Notes: a model not told the origin generated them from the sequence alone. A stretch of 59,937 bases of DNA, filler included, from Sphacelaria rigidula (GCA_964200075.2; 9 parts of 9 records of this genome joined end to end with filler, not necessarily neighbours in it); one strand, 5' to 3'. Positions 46,874 to 59,937 are shown, counted from the first letter of the whole stretch. A program made the numbers and translations.

Positions 46874-49800
46874 GTCAACTCAGCAGTATAGATCTGCATA
46901 ATGGGTGCGCCAGCGACCACCTGCACGACTGCCAGGCTGCCCAGGTACTCTTCGATTTTGTAATCAAACACGTGTTATTTCTAAGTTGACGCACAGCCTG
47001 TAGATAACCAGCAATGGCAAGCGACTATACCGTGTACCGGCGTTGAGGCGTGGTCATCATTCAACTGTAGGCGATGCCTCTGATGCAAAAACTCCGGCGG
47101 GCGACGCTCTCGGCTTGAGTCACCAAAGCACGCGTACATACGCGGAGAATGTATGTGACGGGCAGTAGAATCCATCGCGAACAGCGCCCACCACGCCACC
47201 GACAGCTGCCCCTCCGTGTTTTTCTTTACGTCCGAAAAAATTACTCTTATTCGGCCCTAAAATGTGCGTGTCCTCGTTCGTGTGGTTGTACAGGTGGTGT
47301 ACCGCGCGAGTTCGGTACTGTTCTTGTACTTCATCCTCATGGCGGCGGCAGGAGGTGCGGTGCACTTCATATACGCCAAGTGAGTTACGAAGTGTTCATC
47401 TAGGGTGATCCCTCGTGGATTCCAGGATCCCAAAGCACAGAGACGGCAGTCAACACTTGTCTGTCGTTGTAAACTGGCCGCCCACAAGACGCAGAGCCGC
47501 CCGCAAGGTGTAGACGTTGGTAACTCCCCTGCCCGCCCGCCTCCCGGCCCCCCCAGACTCCTTCCTCTCGGTCGTGGGTGCTTTGTGAGGGGAAAATGTT
47601 CTGCTGTGGTATTTAGCCTTTTACGATATAATGTAGTAGGCTCAAGGTTTGGATGTGTTCGTCGACAAGCGTTTGAGATAGACCCCTTCCCCCCCCCCCC
47701 CCCACCCGTCCCCCCGTTCCCCAGCTCCGTGTCGAAAGAGATGCGTGGTCAATGGTCAAACGACTACGGCAAACAACAAATGAGAGCGCCCCCTCATCCC
47801 CCCCCCCCCACCCCCACCCCTTCGCTGCGCGTACCGCCTTCTTGAAGTTCGACCTATTGCCTTGTTCTGAAAGCACCCACGTGCAAAACCGTAACTCTAG
47901 TGCCGCACCTCTGTCGGGTGTCTTATTGTTTGGAGAATATGTCATCTGTATCTACCTATACCCCTGTATTAGACCTGTGGCGTGTGTTTCATCATCGTCG
48001 TCGTCGATTCACGCACCAACGGCGCACCTGTCTTCCTGTGTTTTGTGTGCAGACTTTGGTCGATCAAATTCCTGGCGGTGGCCGGGGGGCTTGTGGGCTT
48101 CCTGTTCTTGCCGGAGCCTGGTTTGTTTGGCGTGTACGCGGACGTGGCAAGGGTGCTGTCGCTCCTGTGGCTGATGTTCCAGGTAAGTCCCGACACAAAA
48201 CGCTGTCATTTCTATCTGTGTTTCTCATCCTGGACAGTGGATTGCATTTTCAAAAAGTGCATTGCGTACAGTATAAAGTATATTGGCTATTCCATTAGGC
48301 GCAATAGTCGATACTGAGCGCAATACACTTTTTGCCTATGTACTCGATGTCCAGGGTGTGATGCGCGCTGTGTGTGTGTGTGTGTATGTGTATGTGTGTG
48401 TCTATGTCTTCATGTGTATGTCCGTGGGTCTCGTCGTAGGTCCGTCTCGTGTAGGGCATCAGCTTTTGGGTTCACTTTCGGTGTCAGGAGCTGCGTGTAG
48501 GTTTTTGTTCCTTCTGCAGCACACGTGCGATCCATCCGGAACATGCGCATCCTGACTAAACGTGCCGCAGACGAATGGGCTCGGCATTTTATGTGAATGA
48601 TGACCTTCATGGTTTTCCGGGAGCAATATTCGATTGTAACATTTGTTTGGCCGTGGGCACGATTAATTTAAAAGCAATCTGCAAAGATTTGTGTTCAGGT
48701 ATCATTTTTTTTTTGCGTGGATCACGTATTCAATATTCGTCGTTGATGTTCCGTACTTGAAGGGTTACCTGTTGGTGGTAATGCACACTGTTGCAGACAG
48801 GGGTTTTTGCACACGTCGGACAGCTCACGAGCCACCCGAATAGTACTTCTTATTAGTGATCCGGATCGTTAGCTAGCTCATTCGGTCACTTTTTCCATAT
48901 TTGCTCCCGACATCGCTGGACGCAGAGTAGCACAAAGGTGGCGCTTTGGCTTCTCGGGCCCTGCTGTCACGTATTTCATATTTTTGGACAAGGGATCTGA
49001 GAGTCCTTTTCGATTATTTATTTTGGGTTGCTCATGAGCTGTCCGACGTGTCGATTTGTGACGTGAAATCTCAACACGTATGTGCACTGCTCCAACCAAC
49101 CCTTGGTCGTTCCGGTAATCGATGTGCGGTACGTCTGCAGGAGAGTCGTGGGCATTGCGATGACCATGTGCCTGACTACTCAGTGCATGCTGTCGTGAAA
49201 TCAATTCGTGTGTACATATGTTTACACCGCATGGGTTAGCCCTTCGGTTCCGTGTGATGGTGGCACTCACGTGTTCTGCCCGGGTCATAATTATACGACT
49301 GTTCGCGCATGTGCTCTCCTGTTCTGTGGTGTCCCCGCTGTGCAGGGTTTCCTGGTGTTGGACTTTGCGCATGACCTGCATGACTTCATCGGAGCCAAGG
49401 TACGATCAACACAGCATTCGGTCGTTGGTGTTGTGCCGCTTGCCGTAGTATCTTTGTATTGTTATCGTCGTGTTCCAGACGCTTTGCCCCTCGAGTTTGC
49501 ATCGGCATATTTCGTCGGAGGTTGAGTCAGCTCATCTGCCCGTGATCTACTACTGCGCAGCGGTGATTGGTTAACAATTCATGATTTTGATTCACCTCAA
49601 TGGTCTGTATGTACAGCTAGCTTTCCGCAGTTTTTTGTCTGCCCTGCTTTTACCGTTGTACGAAACGCCTCCCGTGTGGACGTTTGCGTCCAGGCGGAGG
49701 AGCACGATGACGTGTCCGGGTCGTCTGGATCCATCTTCTCTTCCTGGTGGCGCATTCTTTACCTATTGATCTCGCTCGCATGCCTCGTTGCTAGCGGCCT

Positions 49801-52800
49801 AGGTCTAGCTGCACTTTTCACGGTGAGCATACTGTTGGTGGTGATGAAAGTATGAAGCGGATTTGTTGTGGGGCTACTTTGAATGTTCTCATATGGCATC
49901 TGCAGAACGCGGCAAGGCCACAACATGGTAAAACTCACGTCAACCGTACGCATGAATGTGTTCTGTAAGTATTTTTTTTGTTTTTCAAAGGATCTGACAG
50001 GACCTTCCACGTACTTGGCCACCTGTAGCGTCCACCGCGGACTACTGTCTTTTGTCAAACTTTCCCGCTGCTATTTTTATTTCGGTGATATTGCATGCTT
50101 GCTTATTGCGTTTCCTTGTGGTGCTTCGCTTGCGAGCGTGTACACGCGATTAGTGCACCATCATGTCCTCACGACCTTGCGGACCGTCTTGAAATAAACG
50201 CCCACCTCGATAGCCTCTTGGAAAGATCACACAGCGCTTACTTCGTACATCCGCACTCCCCGTGCCCCCCTTGAACACCCCACCATCCCATTGATCATTA
50301 TCCAGAGCCATGCCGGCTGTGCCCTAGGAGCCACAATATCAGGCATCACTTTAGCGGCGGGTCTGCTGGCTATTGTTTGCAGCCTTCTGGAGAGTGTCGG
50401 GATTGGGCTGTTGCCGCCTTCGGTGCTATTCGCTCACAGGTGACAGCAGACGGTGTGTTTGTGTGTTAGTGTGTGTTTTTGTGCACGCATATGAAGGACT
50501 GCAAGGAAATAGGTAAGGCCAGTTGGCTGGCTGTAAGAGAAGCGATGGGGCAATGGGCAGTCGGGTAGCTGGAGTCCGAAAACCGGCAGGCGAGAGAAGG
50601 AGCGCTTGCGCTATTTTCCCCCCAAAACATATCGTGTTGCGAGAGGATCAAACGGTTGTTTGCATGTTACGTCGTCTCCTCTAGTGGTAGTTTCGGTGCC
50701 GTGATCCAGATGACATGTGTTGTGGTCACACCCCACGCGCATTTACTCGCGGCGGGGTTAGATTCGGTTCGTCGAAATAACCTCAAGATGAAGGTGAATA
50801 TGTAGACAACGCCAACACCCGACATCACCGAAACATCACGGTTTCGGGTATAATTCGACCCCCGTGATATCCGTATCCGTTTTGAAAGGCTATATTTACC
50901 ACACCGTGCACGAACTAGACGTGTAGAAAACAATATCCTTTGTTCTGCCGGTACATGTGAGAAAGCATTACTGTTCTCTTCTTGTTCCTGGACCCACCGT
51001 ATTTATGCATACGTTAAATATTTTCATGCCTGGGCGCATAGGGGCGTTTCGGTGGGATGTCTCGGAGTCCGCTGTCGGAAGTCACACCGTGTGCGCGTAG
51101 CAATCGTAGTGTGACTTCCTCGCGTGTATTTATGGCTCGACGCGTTTATTGTGGGTCCGTGTATGACTCACGATGTCACACCGTGTGCCCGTACCGCAAT
51201 GTCCTTGTGACTGTCAGTGTCTTTCTGGGCTGGTATGCCATGTCGAGCCACCCGGACTCCACCTGCAATCCTTGGGCGGAGCACGATGTGTCTGCTTCAA
51301 GCGGAAAGACGCTGGGCATCATCATCTCCATCGTTCTGCTCGTGAGCACGGTGGGCTGGTGTACCTGGCACGGCGAAAAGGTACAGTCCGCCCTGCCCAA
51401 CGTGTGCCTCCCCCTTTGATCTCGAAGTGGAGGTCTGGTTGCTTTTATGTAAAATGAACGAATCTGCATCGCTACTAACGTTCATTTTCTCACGTAGAGA
51501 CGTGTCGATCGAAATAAACGAGGTATATGTTTCATGGGGCTAGCCGTGAAAGTGTGTGTGTGTTTTTTTTAGTCAATGGTTGGCTGAAGCAAGTGTAGGT
51601 GAAACAAAGATGTTTCACGCCTTATGGTGGCCTTGTTTATTGACATGCGTACGCTATGTACACTTTGAGAACCTTTGTTGTTGCGTCAGGACGGGGACAT
51701 GTCGCGGTTGTAGACCTGTTCGCACACAGTACGCCAAAAAAACATGTTCACGTTCATCACCCGATCTCCCCCCCTCTCGTAAGCAGCATCTCGCGTCCGG
51801 TGTAGGCAACTTTCCGAATATCTATCATGTGTTGACTAGAAGTTTGCGATTAGCTCGCATGCGCTGTCTGATAGCCAGCCGTTCGACAATATGACGTCAC
51901 GACCATTTCGTGCGCTATATATTTTTCATGCGTTGAAAACAGTTGTTGGGAATATTTGGCGTCGACAGCGAGGAAAGCGCTTCTCTTCTCACAGGCGGTC
52001 CCACGGTGAACTACTCCGAGGTGCGAAGGAAAAAACGAGTAAAAAGGAGAAAAACTTCTCTTAAGAGCTCTAGGCAGGCTAGACAGCTCGCAACGGAGCG
52101 ACAGGTGGGGGGCGGGGACGAATGAATGAGCAGCATATACGTCGCTCTGTGGAATATTAAATCTACCCTGAAAGTTGCCTCGCCATTTTTATTATTTCAG
52201 CAGGTACACACTTCGAAGTGTTGTCGTTTGTGTGCTTCTACTTCCGTGCTTCGCCCTTGTATCTATTTCTGCGCTGTAGCGAACACGGGGAGGTCGCGAG
52301 GAAGGTGTAGTTCAGGTCAGTATTTAGTTTGTGAGCTTTTCCCTCATCCGTGCTGCGCCCTTGTATTTATTTATGCCCTGGATCGAACGCAGGGACGTCG
52401 TAAGGTGGGTGTAGTTCAGTTCTGCTAAAAAATCTTCGAATAGTGTATGCCCGAGTAAGCAATCGGTGGTGGCTGTTGTTGTTATTGCCGAATCCAATGG
52501 CACGGCGCATGGTAAATGCTGTGTGTAGCATTGACGGGCGGTTTTCAGCACTTCATGACGTGTTCCACATTTGCCCCGTGACTTTGCTCCGAAGGGATAT
52601 GTTGCTCTGGCTAAAAACACCGCATGAAGTAGTCTCGTATGAAAACACGCCCCAATTCGTGAAAGATCGCATCATTCTCTCGCATGTGGGTATGCTGGCA
52701 GCTCTGACACTGCTCCGCGGCTCGATGATGATGCTTCACCACAATTCCAACAATACCTTTGTGCACTTTTGCTTCAATTTCTGCTTGCGCGCGTGCGCGC

Positions 52801-52956
52801 GCGTGTGCTTGTACTTGGACCAAAATTGACTTTGGTGCAGGAGAGTGACGACGAAGTTGTGGAGTCGCGTCCTTCCAGGGTTTTCTACTGTCTTGTTATG
52901 GCGTGCGCAAGCGCGTTTGCGGCGATGGCGATGACATCGTGGGCGCGCACAGATGG
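46874..52956 (+). CDS. SERINC: Serine incorporator / TMS membrane protein, partial (first and last exons outside the contig)
   Basis: Phase-consistent GT-AG exons: 46874-46944, 47294-47379, 48053-48182, 49346-49399, 49694-49822, 50306-50439, 51218-51380, 51943-52020, (52280-52315 optional) and 52841-52956. The spliced protein has family hallmarks C..AQVVYRAS, LWSIKF, FQGFLVLDFAH, GLLPPSV, AMSSHPDSTCNP and FYCLVMACASAFAAMAMTSW. Confidence 0.92.
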
Positions 52957-53698
52957 GTGAGTCTGTGTGTCTGTGTCTGTGTGAAAGGAACCTGTCGGGC
53001 TCTTTTTTTTTCAGTATCAGCTCGACTTATAGCTTTTCGAATATGTCCCAGATTATCACATTTGTGTTTCATGTGTTGGCCTCGTACTATTGTTTAATTT
53101 TTTTTCGTACTCGGCGATGTATTCGCCATGCCGTCGAGGCTCTTGAAAAAAATAGTAGTCTGTGTTGGCCGGTCGCACGACCGTGTGACTGTTCTGCATC
53201 GATGTTGATCGCGTTGGGTCGAGGGGGAAAGGGGGGGGGGGGGGGGTCCTCCTGGGGGATGGGAAGAGNNNNNNNNNNNNNNNNNNNNNNNNNNNNNNNN
53301 NNNNNNNNNNNNTTAATTAATTAANNNNNNNNNNNNNNNNNNNNNNNNNNNNNNNNNNNNNNNNNNNNCTCCAAATATTGGCCGGCGCATCCGCCTGCAA
53401 ACGTTCATGCAGCCTCTAGGCTGGCCCAGCTCGTAGGAATTACTAGATATGGGGGTTTAACCAACGAGAAAATATGGGCCCAAACTTTCGAGAGATGGGC
53501 ACCTTCCCCTTGATACGACGATTAATACGATATGCGGACCACGGCCCAGTTCGTTTCCGGTGATGAGATATTGCTCTGCCTCTGCCAGGTTAAATCCGTT
53601 TCTGGGCTGACCCAGCTCGTATACAGCAGACCTGTATCGCAGTCTTATTTCTTTTCGATGATACAGAGGCTTTCCGAGAACAAAGTTACACGGGAGCC

Positions 53699-54150
53699 GT
53701 AGGTAAGGTACCGTACTGAGTGCACCCCCGGTATTTACCGGGCTATCCCATGCCGTGGTATCGTAGGTATCGTAGGGCCCACAGAAGCAAGAGTTCAGTT
53801 GCTGTAACGGAAATGCAGTCCGTGCGCATCCTCACGAGATCAAATCGAGGCCCAGGGCCGTAGTGACGCCTCTAGTCTGCGAGCGCCTTCTGTACCGATT
53901 GGTACGGATGAGTTTTAAAAATACCCGATTGAGCGGGTACGGTAGGTAATGGTATCTCGAAATATCGTGGTATCGTCGGTATCGTAGGTATGATGATTTT
54001 GAAAGTACCTGATTCAGCGGGTACGGAAGGTACTGGTATCTCGAAATACTGTAGTATCGTGGCTATCGTAGGTGTGACACTTGAAGATGCCCGATTGGGT
54101 CGGTATCAGTGGGGTATGAGATGTCCCACATACCAGTACCGGGTACTTTC
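53699..54150 (+). repeat. Repeat element with internal ~70-78-bp tandem units (GAAAATACCCGATTGAGCGGGTACG..GGTATCGTAGGTATG), copy 1
   Basis: Starts GTAGGTAAGG. Units at ~53910-54110. Homologous to 55010-55628. Confidence 0.75.
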
Positions 54151-55009
54151 GTCACCGTCTAGACAGATTTCAAACCTGTCATCCTAGGTGGTCAGTTCAA
54201 GTGCGACAATCAATCGATCAATCAATCGTCCGGCAGTGGCGGAGAGGCGTTTCAGATCTTCGCTCTGATCACCAGCCGGATTATTACAATCACCTGACAG
54301 GGTGAGACACCCAACCCATGAATCGATCATGAGTACCGTGGGTTGATTTTCGTGATTGCTGACGTGGGTGCAGAGACTAGAGGACTCTGAGAATAGAGCA
54401 GTAGTGAGTGCAAAGTAAAAATTCAACGGTTCGATTTTCATTCCGAGGGGGTAGCGCCGTAATTTGTGGCACTAAGGCCTTACAGTAGTACGTGAGAGCA
54501 GGTGCAGTAGTACGTAAGAGCAGGGTTTGCCTTTCCATGTACTTGTGTTTCTTCATTTGGAGCACCCGGCGATGGCGCAGTATTTACGGTGGTAAATATA
54601 TATATATATATATATATGCAAGATTATTTAATTAGTATTTTGGCACCTTGTTGTCTATTTCGTATGCCTCTTGCGGCCCCTTATTTTTTTTCGGTTTTCA
54701 TCCTTTCGTTTTCTTTTCTCTGATTGTTTGCACGTGGGATATTATCGTGTATGATGCTCATCTTCGACATGAATAATAATACAATGTATAGCACCGTAAC
54801 GATGATATGATATTTATATCCATCTACCAACAACATCAAACTACACAATAATAAGTTCATTCGAATTGATCCAAACGCGAACGTCAGGGGGAATCTGGGT
54901 GTACAGCATACTAGTATAACTTGTGAAAACAAGACGCACCTGCTCCGACAACTTCTGGCCTTTGCGTAAGTTGGTACCAGCTGCTGCACCGTGGGGAATG
55001 CATCGGGTC

Positions 55010-55628
55010 CGGTGTTTACCCTATACACCCGATATTTACCGGGAGATCCCATACCGTGGTATGCGTGGGGTATCGTAGGTATGAGTTTTGAAAATACCCG
55101 ATTGAGCGGGTACGATAGGTATCAATATATCGAAATACTGTGGTATAGCAGGTATCGTAGGTATGAACTTTGAAAATACCTGATTGAGGGGGTACGATAG
55201 GTATTGAAATCTCGAAATACCGTGGTATCGTAGGTATCGTAGGTATGAATTTCTGAAAATACCTGATTGAAGGGGGACGGTAGGTATTGAAACCTCGAAA
55301 TACCGTGGTATTGTAGGTATGACATTTTGAAAATACCCGATTGGGCGGGTACGATAGGTATCGAAATATCGAAACTCCGTGGTATCGTGGGTATTGTAGG
55401 TATGATTGATTGATTGATTGATTGTCGCACTTTAACTGAAACCCCAGGGGTTCAGCCGTGGTCTAGTTTTGAGAGTACCCGATCGAGCGGGTACGGTAGG
55501 TATTGACATATCGAAACATCGTGGTATGTGGGTATCGTAGGTATGGCATTTAAATATATCGCAATGGATCGGTATCGGTAGGGTATGAGATGTCCGGAAT
55601 ACCGGTACCGAGTACCCACCTTACCTAC
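55010..55628 (+). repeat. Same tandem-unit element, copy 2 (~5-6 units), interrupted by a LINE tail at 55404-55463
   Basis: Units are directly visible. It ends CCTTACCTAC, the reverse complement of the start of copy 1. Confidence 0.8.
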
Positions 55629-57449
55629 GGTGCCTGTGCAAAATTGTTTGAAATTGTTCGTTCCAGTCGCACCAAGCATGTTCCGCAGTGTAAATTGTAC
55701 TAGGCTCAGAGGAGAAGTTATCGGGCAAGAGGGGTGATCACAACTCTGACCGGGCAGCTGGCTCAACAAGCGTGCACCCAAGGTGACGAGAGCAGCACCC
55801 CGCAGGAGGAACGTCACTGCGCAAATCGTGAGCGTTTGCAAGTGAAGCAGTCGTTCTGGAGAAGAGTATAGGACGAAGTTCGTACCGTGCCCTCGTACAC
55901 GCGATCCCCGCCCTGTCTGCGCGCACTATTATAATACAGCACTGATAGTTTACTCATTGTGTGTGACGACTGCGCACCATTCGCAGCAGCATTGATGCCT
56001 TGAGCAAGGGCTGTGTCGGGGTCATTCGTCAGATTACCTTTTCAGTGCCACGACTCTATAGGGCATTGCACAAAGGTGGGCGTGAGACCTTCGTCAAGTG
56101 TGCGTTCGCCCTGGGTGGCGCACTCAGAACTGTAAGGCCGCCTCGTTCGTTTGAAAGACTGGCTCTCTACCGTTCACGCAGATCTGTACTTTTGCACATG
56201 TGAAGTTATGTGCCAAGATTGTCACATACTCCGCAAGACCTCGGCGAAGTGGAAGCGGATCCAACATCGGAAAGTCAACTTACACACCGTTACCCACCGT
56301 GCTTCAAGTTGGTATATGGAAAAGAATATCAGACAACCCAGCCCCGGGGCTGCCAGACCATCAGTCATCCTTCAGCGTAGTTGAATGAAATAAAAAAGGC
56401 CGGGGCGTTGAATAAAATGAAAATAGCCGCGTCGGCGGTATCCACCGTTGCAATGCATGAGGCGCACTCAGCTGCTTGCGCTGCTGAACCTATGCTAAGT
56501 GACTCGTTGCGTTGATACCAGTGAAAACACCGCCCAAGTTTCGGCCTCATTATACACGAGGTGCGCCAGGTCTCGACGCCTAACACTCCAAAATACCGCC
56601 TCCATATTATCGAAAAGGAATGCCACTGATCGTAAAGTCAGTACCTCAAGTGACGGGATATAAGACCCCCATGTGAAAGGTTTCAAAACCTTGGCTTTCT
56701 CCATCAACAGAACCTAAAACTCACAATCAGACCCCGTTCATCGAAATATCTCTATACGATACTTTCAAAGCCACAAAGATGAGCGGTGTTAATCTCGCTG
56801 AACTTGTGTACCCAGAACACCGAGTTTGTAAAATCCAGCCATCATGCCCTGGTGTTATCCTCCATCATCATCGGGTAAGCCACACAAGTAGGAGACAGAC
56901 AGTGGACCAGGTACATTACCACAGTGTATTAGATTGACTGCTGTACTGCAATCTACATCACATAAAACCTACCTGCTCCCATCGGCATGCTTCTTCGACA
57001 TGCCCTCAACTCCTCCACCTCGACCTTTCTTTTTGCGGGCCATATCTTACGATGCTTAGCCTAGAAGTCTTTGTAACCTCAAAGGTCTTGGCTGCTTCGT
57101 TTTGTCTAGCAGCAGAATGGAGACAAAATATAGCTACACAGCGAGGAAATACGCCATACGAGATCTCCACCCTTTGCCAGCGATGCTGCAATCTACACTC
57201 GGGCCTGAGTGATCAACGCCCAAACTAGGAACACTGCGTGTGGGGCAGCGAACGATAGGAAGTACCTCTGTACATTACAAAATAATCGTTCTCCAACAAC
57301 ATAGGACCTGTCATTTTCCAAAATCTTGTAAAACAGACACGGTCCGGTGTGAACAGCGAAACACTGCATGACGCTACATCTGATTATTGCACAGCACAGG
57401 TTCATATCGCAGCCGTTTCAAGTTCTTCGGTCGTTTCCACAAATCAACG

Positions 57450-57869
57450 ATGGGAGCAGCGTTGGCAGCCCAGCGTGGCTGGCCAGAGCGCGCGAGCTCT
57501 CAGAGTCCCCGGCGTAGCTCAAGCAGCATGAACACTGACGACGCGTCGGGAGACCAGGACACGCCTTCCGCCTCAACCGCCATACTAAGCAATACCTTCG
57601 CAGGCGACCAGGTGCTAGACGAGACGCAACCCTTGGAGGTAGGACACCGGGACGAATTCGGTTACCACAGTACCTCTGCCGTCAGTATCCAATCTCTTGT
57701 TCCTGTCGAGCGGCACTCAAGTTTCGTGGCAGCACCTTCGGGAGGCGCGTCTGAAGAGCATCCGGGCAGCCTGGACGAGGACGGCGTTGCGTATGAGCTG
57801 GAGACACCGAGGGATGTGCGGGGACCGAGTACGGCTTACGATTTGTCAGAATTGTCCACTGAGGAAGAG
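57450..57869 (+). CDS. Possible first coding exon of an unknown protein (acidic, Ser-rich, disordered)
   Basis: GC-rich open frame from MGAALAAQ to LSELSTEEE, followed by donor GAG|GTGTGT. No recognisable domain. Confidence 0.4.
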
Positions 57870-58689
57870 GTGTGTGAGTGTGTCGGCGCATCGAGCGTGA
57901 GAGCAGTACGGAACTGGTGTGGGAAGTGGGTTTCGCACAGGGGGACGGGGGAAAGAGAGCAACGAATCGGTCTTGATTTTAGTTTTGCATTTGGACTGGT
58001 TCTACATGTTGTCCTGTTTTGTACTAGAAACTGTTCTTTTGTAAAACCGGCTTCGTGCGCAAAGCAAAAGCTTGCAGTACGTGGAAACCCCAACCGAGCA
58101 GATTCCATCGGTTTTTGCTAGCCACCACGACCCTAGCCACGTATATCCATTGGCCACGCACAGTCCCTACGAATGAGCACGTAGAACCGCTATTGACCTG
58201 AGACGCACTGATCACACACCGCCTAAAATCGAGCACTGGAGTCTAGCCCGGCTCTCTAACTCCGTGGTTGAAGTGCTCGGTTTAGTGGAGACCATCATTT
58301 TCGGATCTTGTTAGGGCTGAAAGTACCGTCCATGCGCACGCCCCGCGTGTTGCTGAGCACGCCTTTTCGCTAGAGCCCAGCAGTGTTCTAAGTTATGCTA
58401 GCTCACTCTTGCCTTGGGCACCATCTTTATCCCCCGCGCCTGAAAGTTCCCGTCTGCCGTGGGTTGTGCTCGTGCTTGGAGTTGGAGTTTGGATCGGAGA
58501 CATGGTTTGAAAATCCTGCGCATGTCACCCATGGAAATTCCACGAACTCGCGTGAACCATACTCGTACTCCTCTCCAGATTTGCCCCTACAGGACTTGCG
58601 AGGAATTCCCCCCACTACGAAACCTGCACACGTCCGACGAGTCATTACTCGTCGAAACGAGTGCACTCGTGGATGTTTGTTGAAAACAC

Positions 58690-58925
58690 AACGAGCATGA
58701 CTCGTGTGCTCGAGTCATTACTTTTTTTCCACAATGACCAGTGACTCGTTCGCTAGAGTCATTACTTTTTTCACCACGACCATGACTCGAATGCTCGCCC
58801 TTCTATTTTTTTCACAACAACCAATGACTCGTGCGCTCGAGTAATTACTTTTTTTACAACGACCATGACTCGAATGCTCGCTCTACTATTTTTTCCACAA
58901 CGACCAATGACTCAAGTGCTCGCCC
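58690..58925. repeat. Minisatellite, ~40-43-bp unit (ACGACCATGACTCGAATGCTCG...TTTTTTCACA), ~5-6 copies
   Basis: Directly visible. Confidence 0.85.
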
Positions 58926-59554
58926 TATTGACCCTTTTGAGACCGACCGCCCACTAACACGCGGTTGATCATGTCGTCGTGAAAGAAAATTGAAGAATAA
59001 GTCATGGCGCGACCTGCCCAATCACGGCGAGGCAAAATTTATCGACCAAACCCGAACGACCAGCGCGGGGACTGTCGCCGAGTATGATGTCACTGCAAAC
59101 ATAGTGTGGGGGGCCTATCCCTGGCCCAGATAAGCCTTCCCAGGTTTCGAAAGCCAGGATGCTCGGACCATGGCTTATTGTATTACTTGCATTCAGTATA
59201 GCGTTCCCCGGGTTTTCCGGGAGTTTTTTGGGTCGCCAGCCTACACTATAACGTGTTACTTACACTAACAGAGGGTGGAGGGGGAAAAACCGGGAAGGAG
59301 TGTACATGCCACAATGTGATCATTTTCACGAGGCACTAAACCCAGGTGGGCCCTGGAAAGACAAGAGGATCTACCGTCATGAATTCTGCTTATCCCTCTG
59401 CCAATGACTTGCAGAAAACTGTGAACATGTATGTCGTGGGCCGGGATGGACAAGCTGTGTATAGGCAGCTAATCTCCGTCGCTGAGAACTGCACAAAACG
59501 TACGAGGGAGTATGCAGCGGCAGCTGCTGCTGCAGTCGGAGAGGCATACCGCAC

Positions 59555-59670
59555 TGATCGATTGATTGATTGATTGATTGTCGCATGATAGACGTACCCA
59601 ACAAAAACGAAACTGAAACACGCTTTAAGGAAGACGAAAAAAAAGTGAACAGAAGAAAAAAAAAACAGGA
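59555..59670 (-). mobile_element. LINE/SINE 3' end with (CAAT)n tail and an internal deletion
   Basis: GATTGATTGTCGC is joined directly to ATGATAGACGTACCCAACAAAAACGAAACTGAAACACGC. Confidence 0.8.
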
Positions 59671-59937
59671 ACACGCACTGTACTGTACTAAATGTACGTG
59701 CGTCGCAACACCCATACCATTCGAAGACAACTTGTCGCATGCAACAACGAGGAGAATGGCGGCCCACCCCGACCACAAACAACTGTGTGGCAAGGTGATG
59801 GGAACAAAAATATCATCCAAAGCCACAAGTGGCGGGAGGCCAGCCGGTCGCCGCATCCTGTTGAAAGCTCTCTACGGCGACACATACTGCTTGCTAGATC
59901 AGATGTACGTTACCTAATGAGCACCCTGCACCTGAAA

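Noticed and set aside
53369..54600. Final SERINC exon after the gap
   Set aside because: No matching C-terminal motif was found, and this is a different, unlinked contig.
55050..55560. CRISPR-like array
   Set aside because: The units are contiguous degenerate tandem repeats without unique spacers, no cas genes are present, and the context is eukaryotic.
58690..58925. CRISPR-like array
   Set aside because: No unique spacers; it is a simple minisatellite.
59346..59427. Second exon of the gene starting at 57450
   Set aside because: AG/GT boundaries and phase are compatible, but there is no domain or other support.

Overview
Eukaryotic, repeat-dense DNA with GT-AG introns. The repeat landscape suggests a brown alga (Phaeophyceae); this is an inference, not a database result. 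The window is not one locus. It is nine contigs of near-identical, descending length (6572, 6x6571, 6570, 6569 bp) joined by artificial 100-bp N44-TTAATTAATTAA-N44 spacers, so adjacency across gaps means nothing. Two host genes can be spliced by hand in frame. One is a partial F-box + cytochrome-b5 heme-binding + Cys-rich protein (exons 26799-28433 and 30562-31500). The other is a partial serine-incorporator (SERINC/TMS) gene of 9-10 exons (46874-52956). A possible first exon of a third gene lies near 57450. The rest is mostly decayed mobile DNA: chromodomain Ty3/Gypsy and Ty1/Copia LTR elements, a nested pogo-like element, Sola-like MITEs with 4-bp TSDs, foldback MITEs, tRNA-derived SINEs and many LINE 3' tails ending in (CAAT)n. 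The most notable observations are the F-box/heme-domain fusion, a degenerate HDV-like ribozyme fold in a short retroposon, a PWWP/Tudor-like module after a Gypsy chromodomain, a PHD-like finger in a pogo element, a perfect 51-bp hairpin, and an unidentified coding repeat shared by two contigs.
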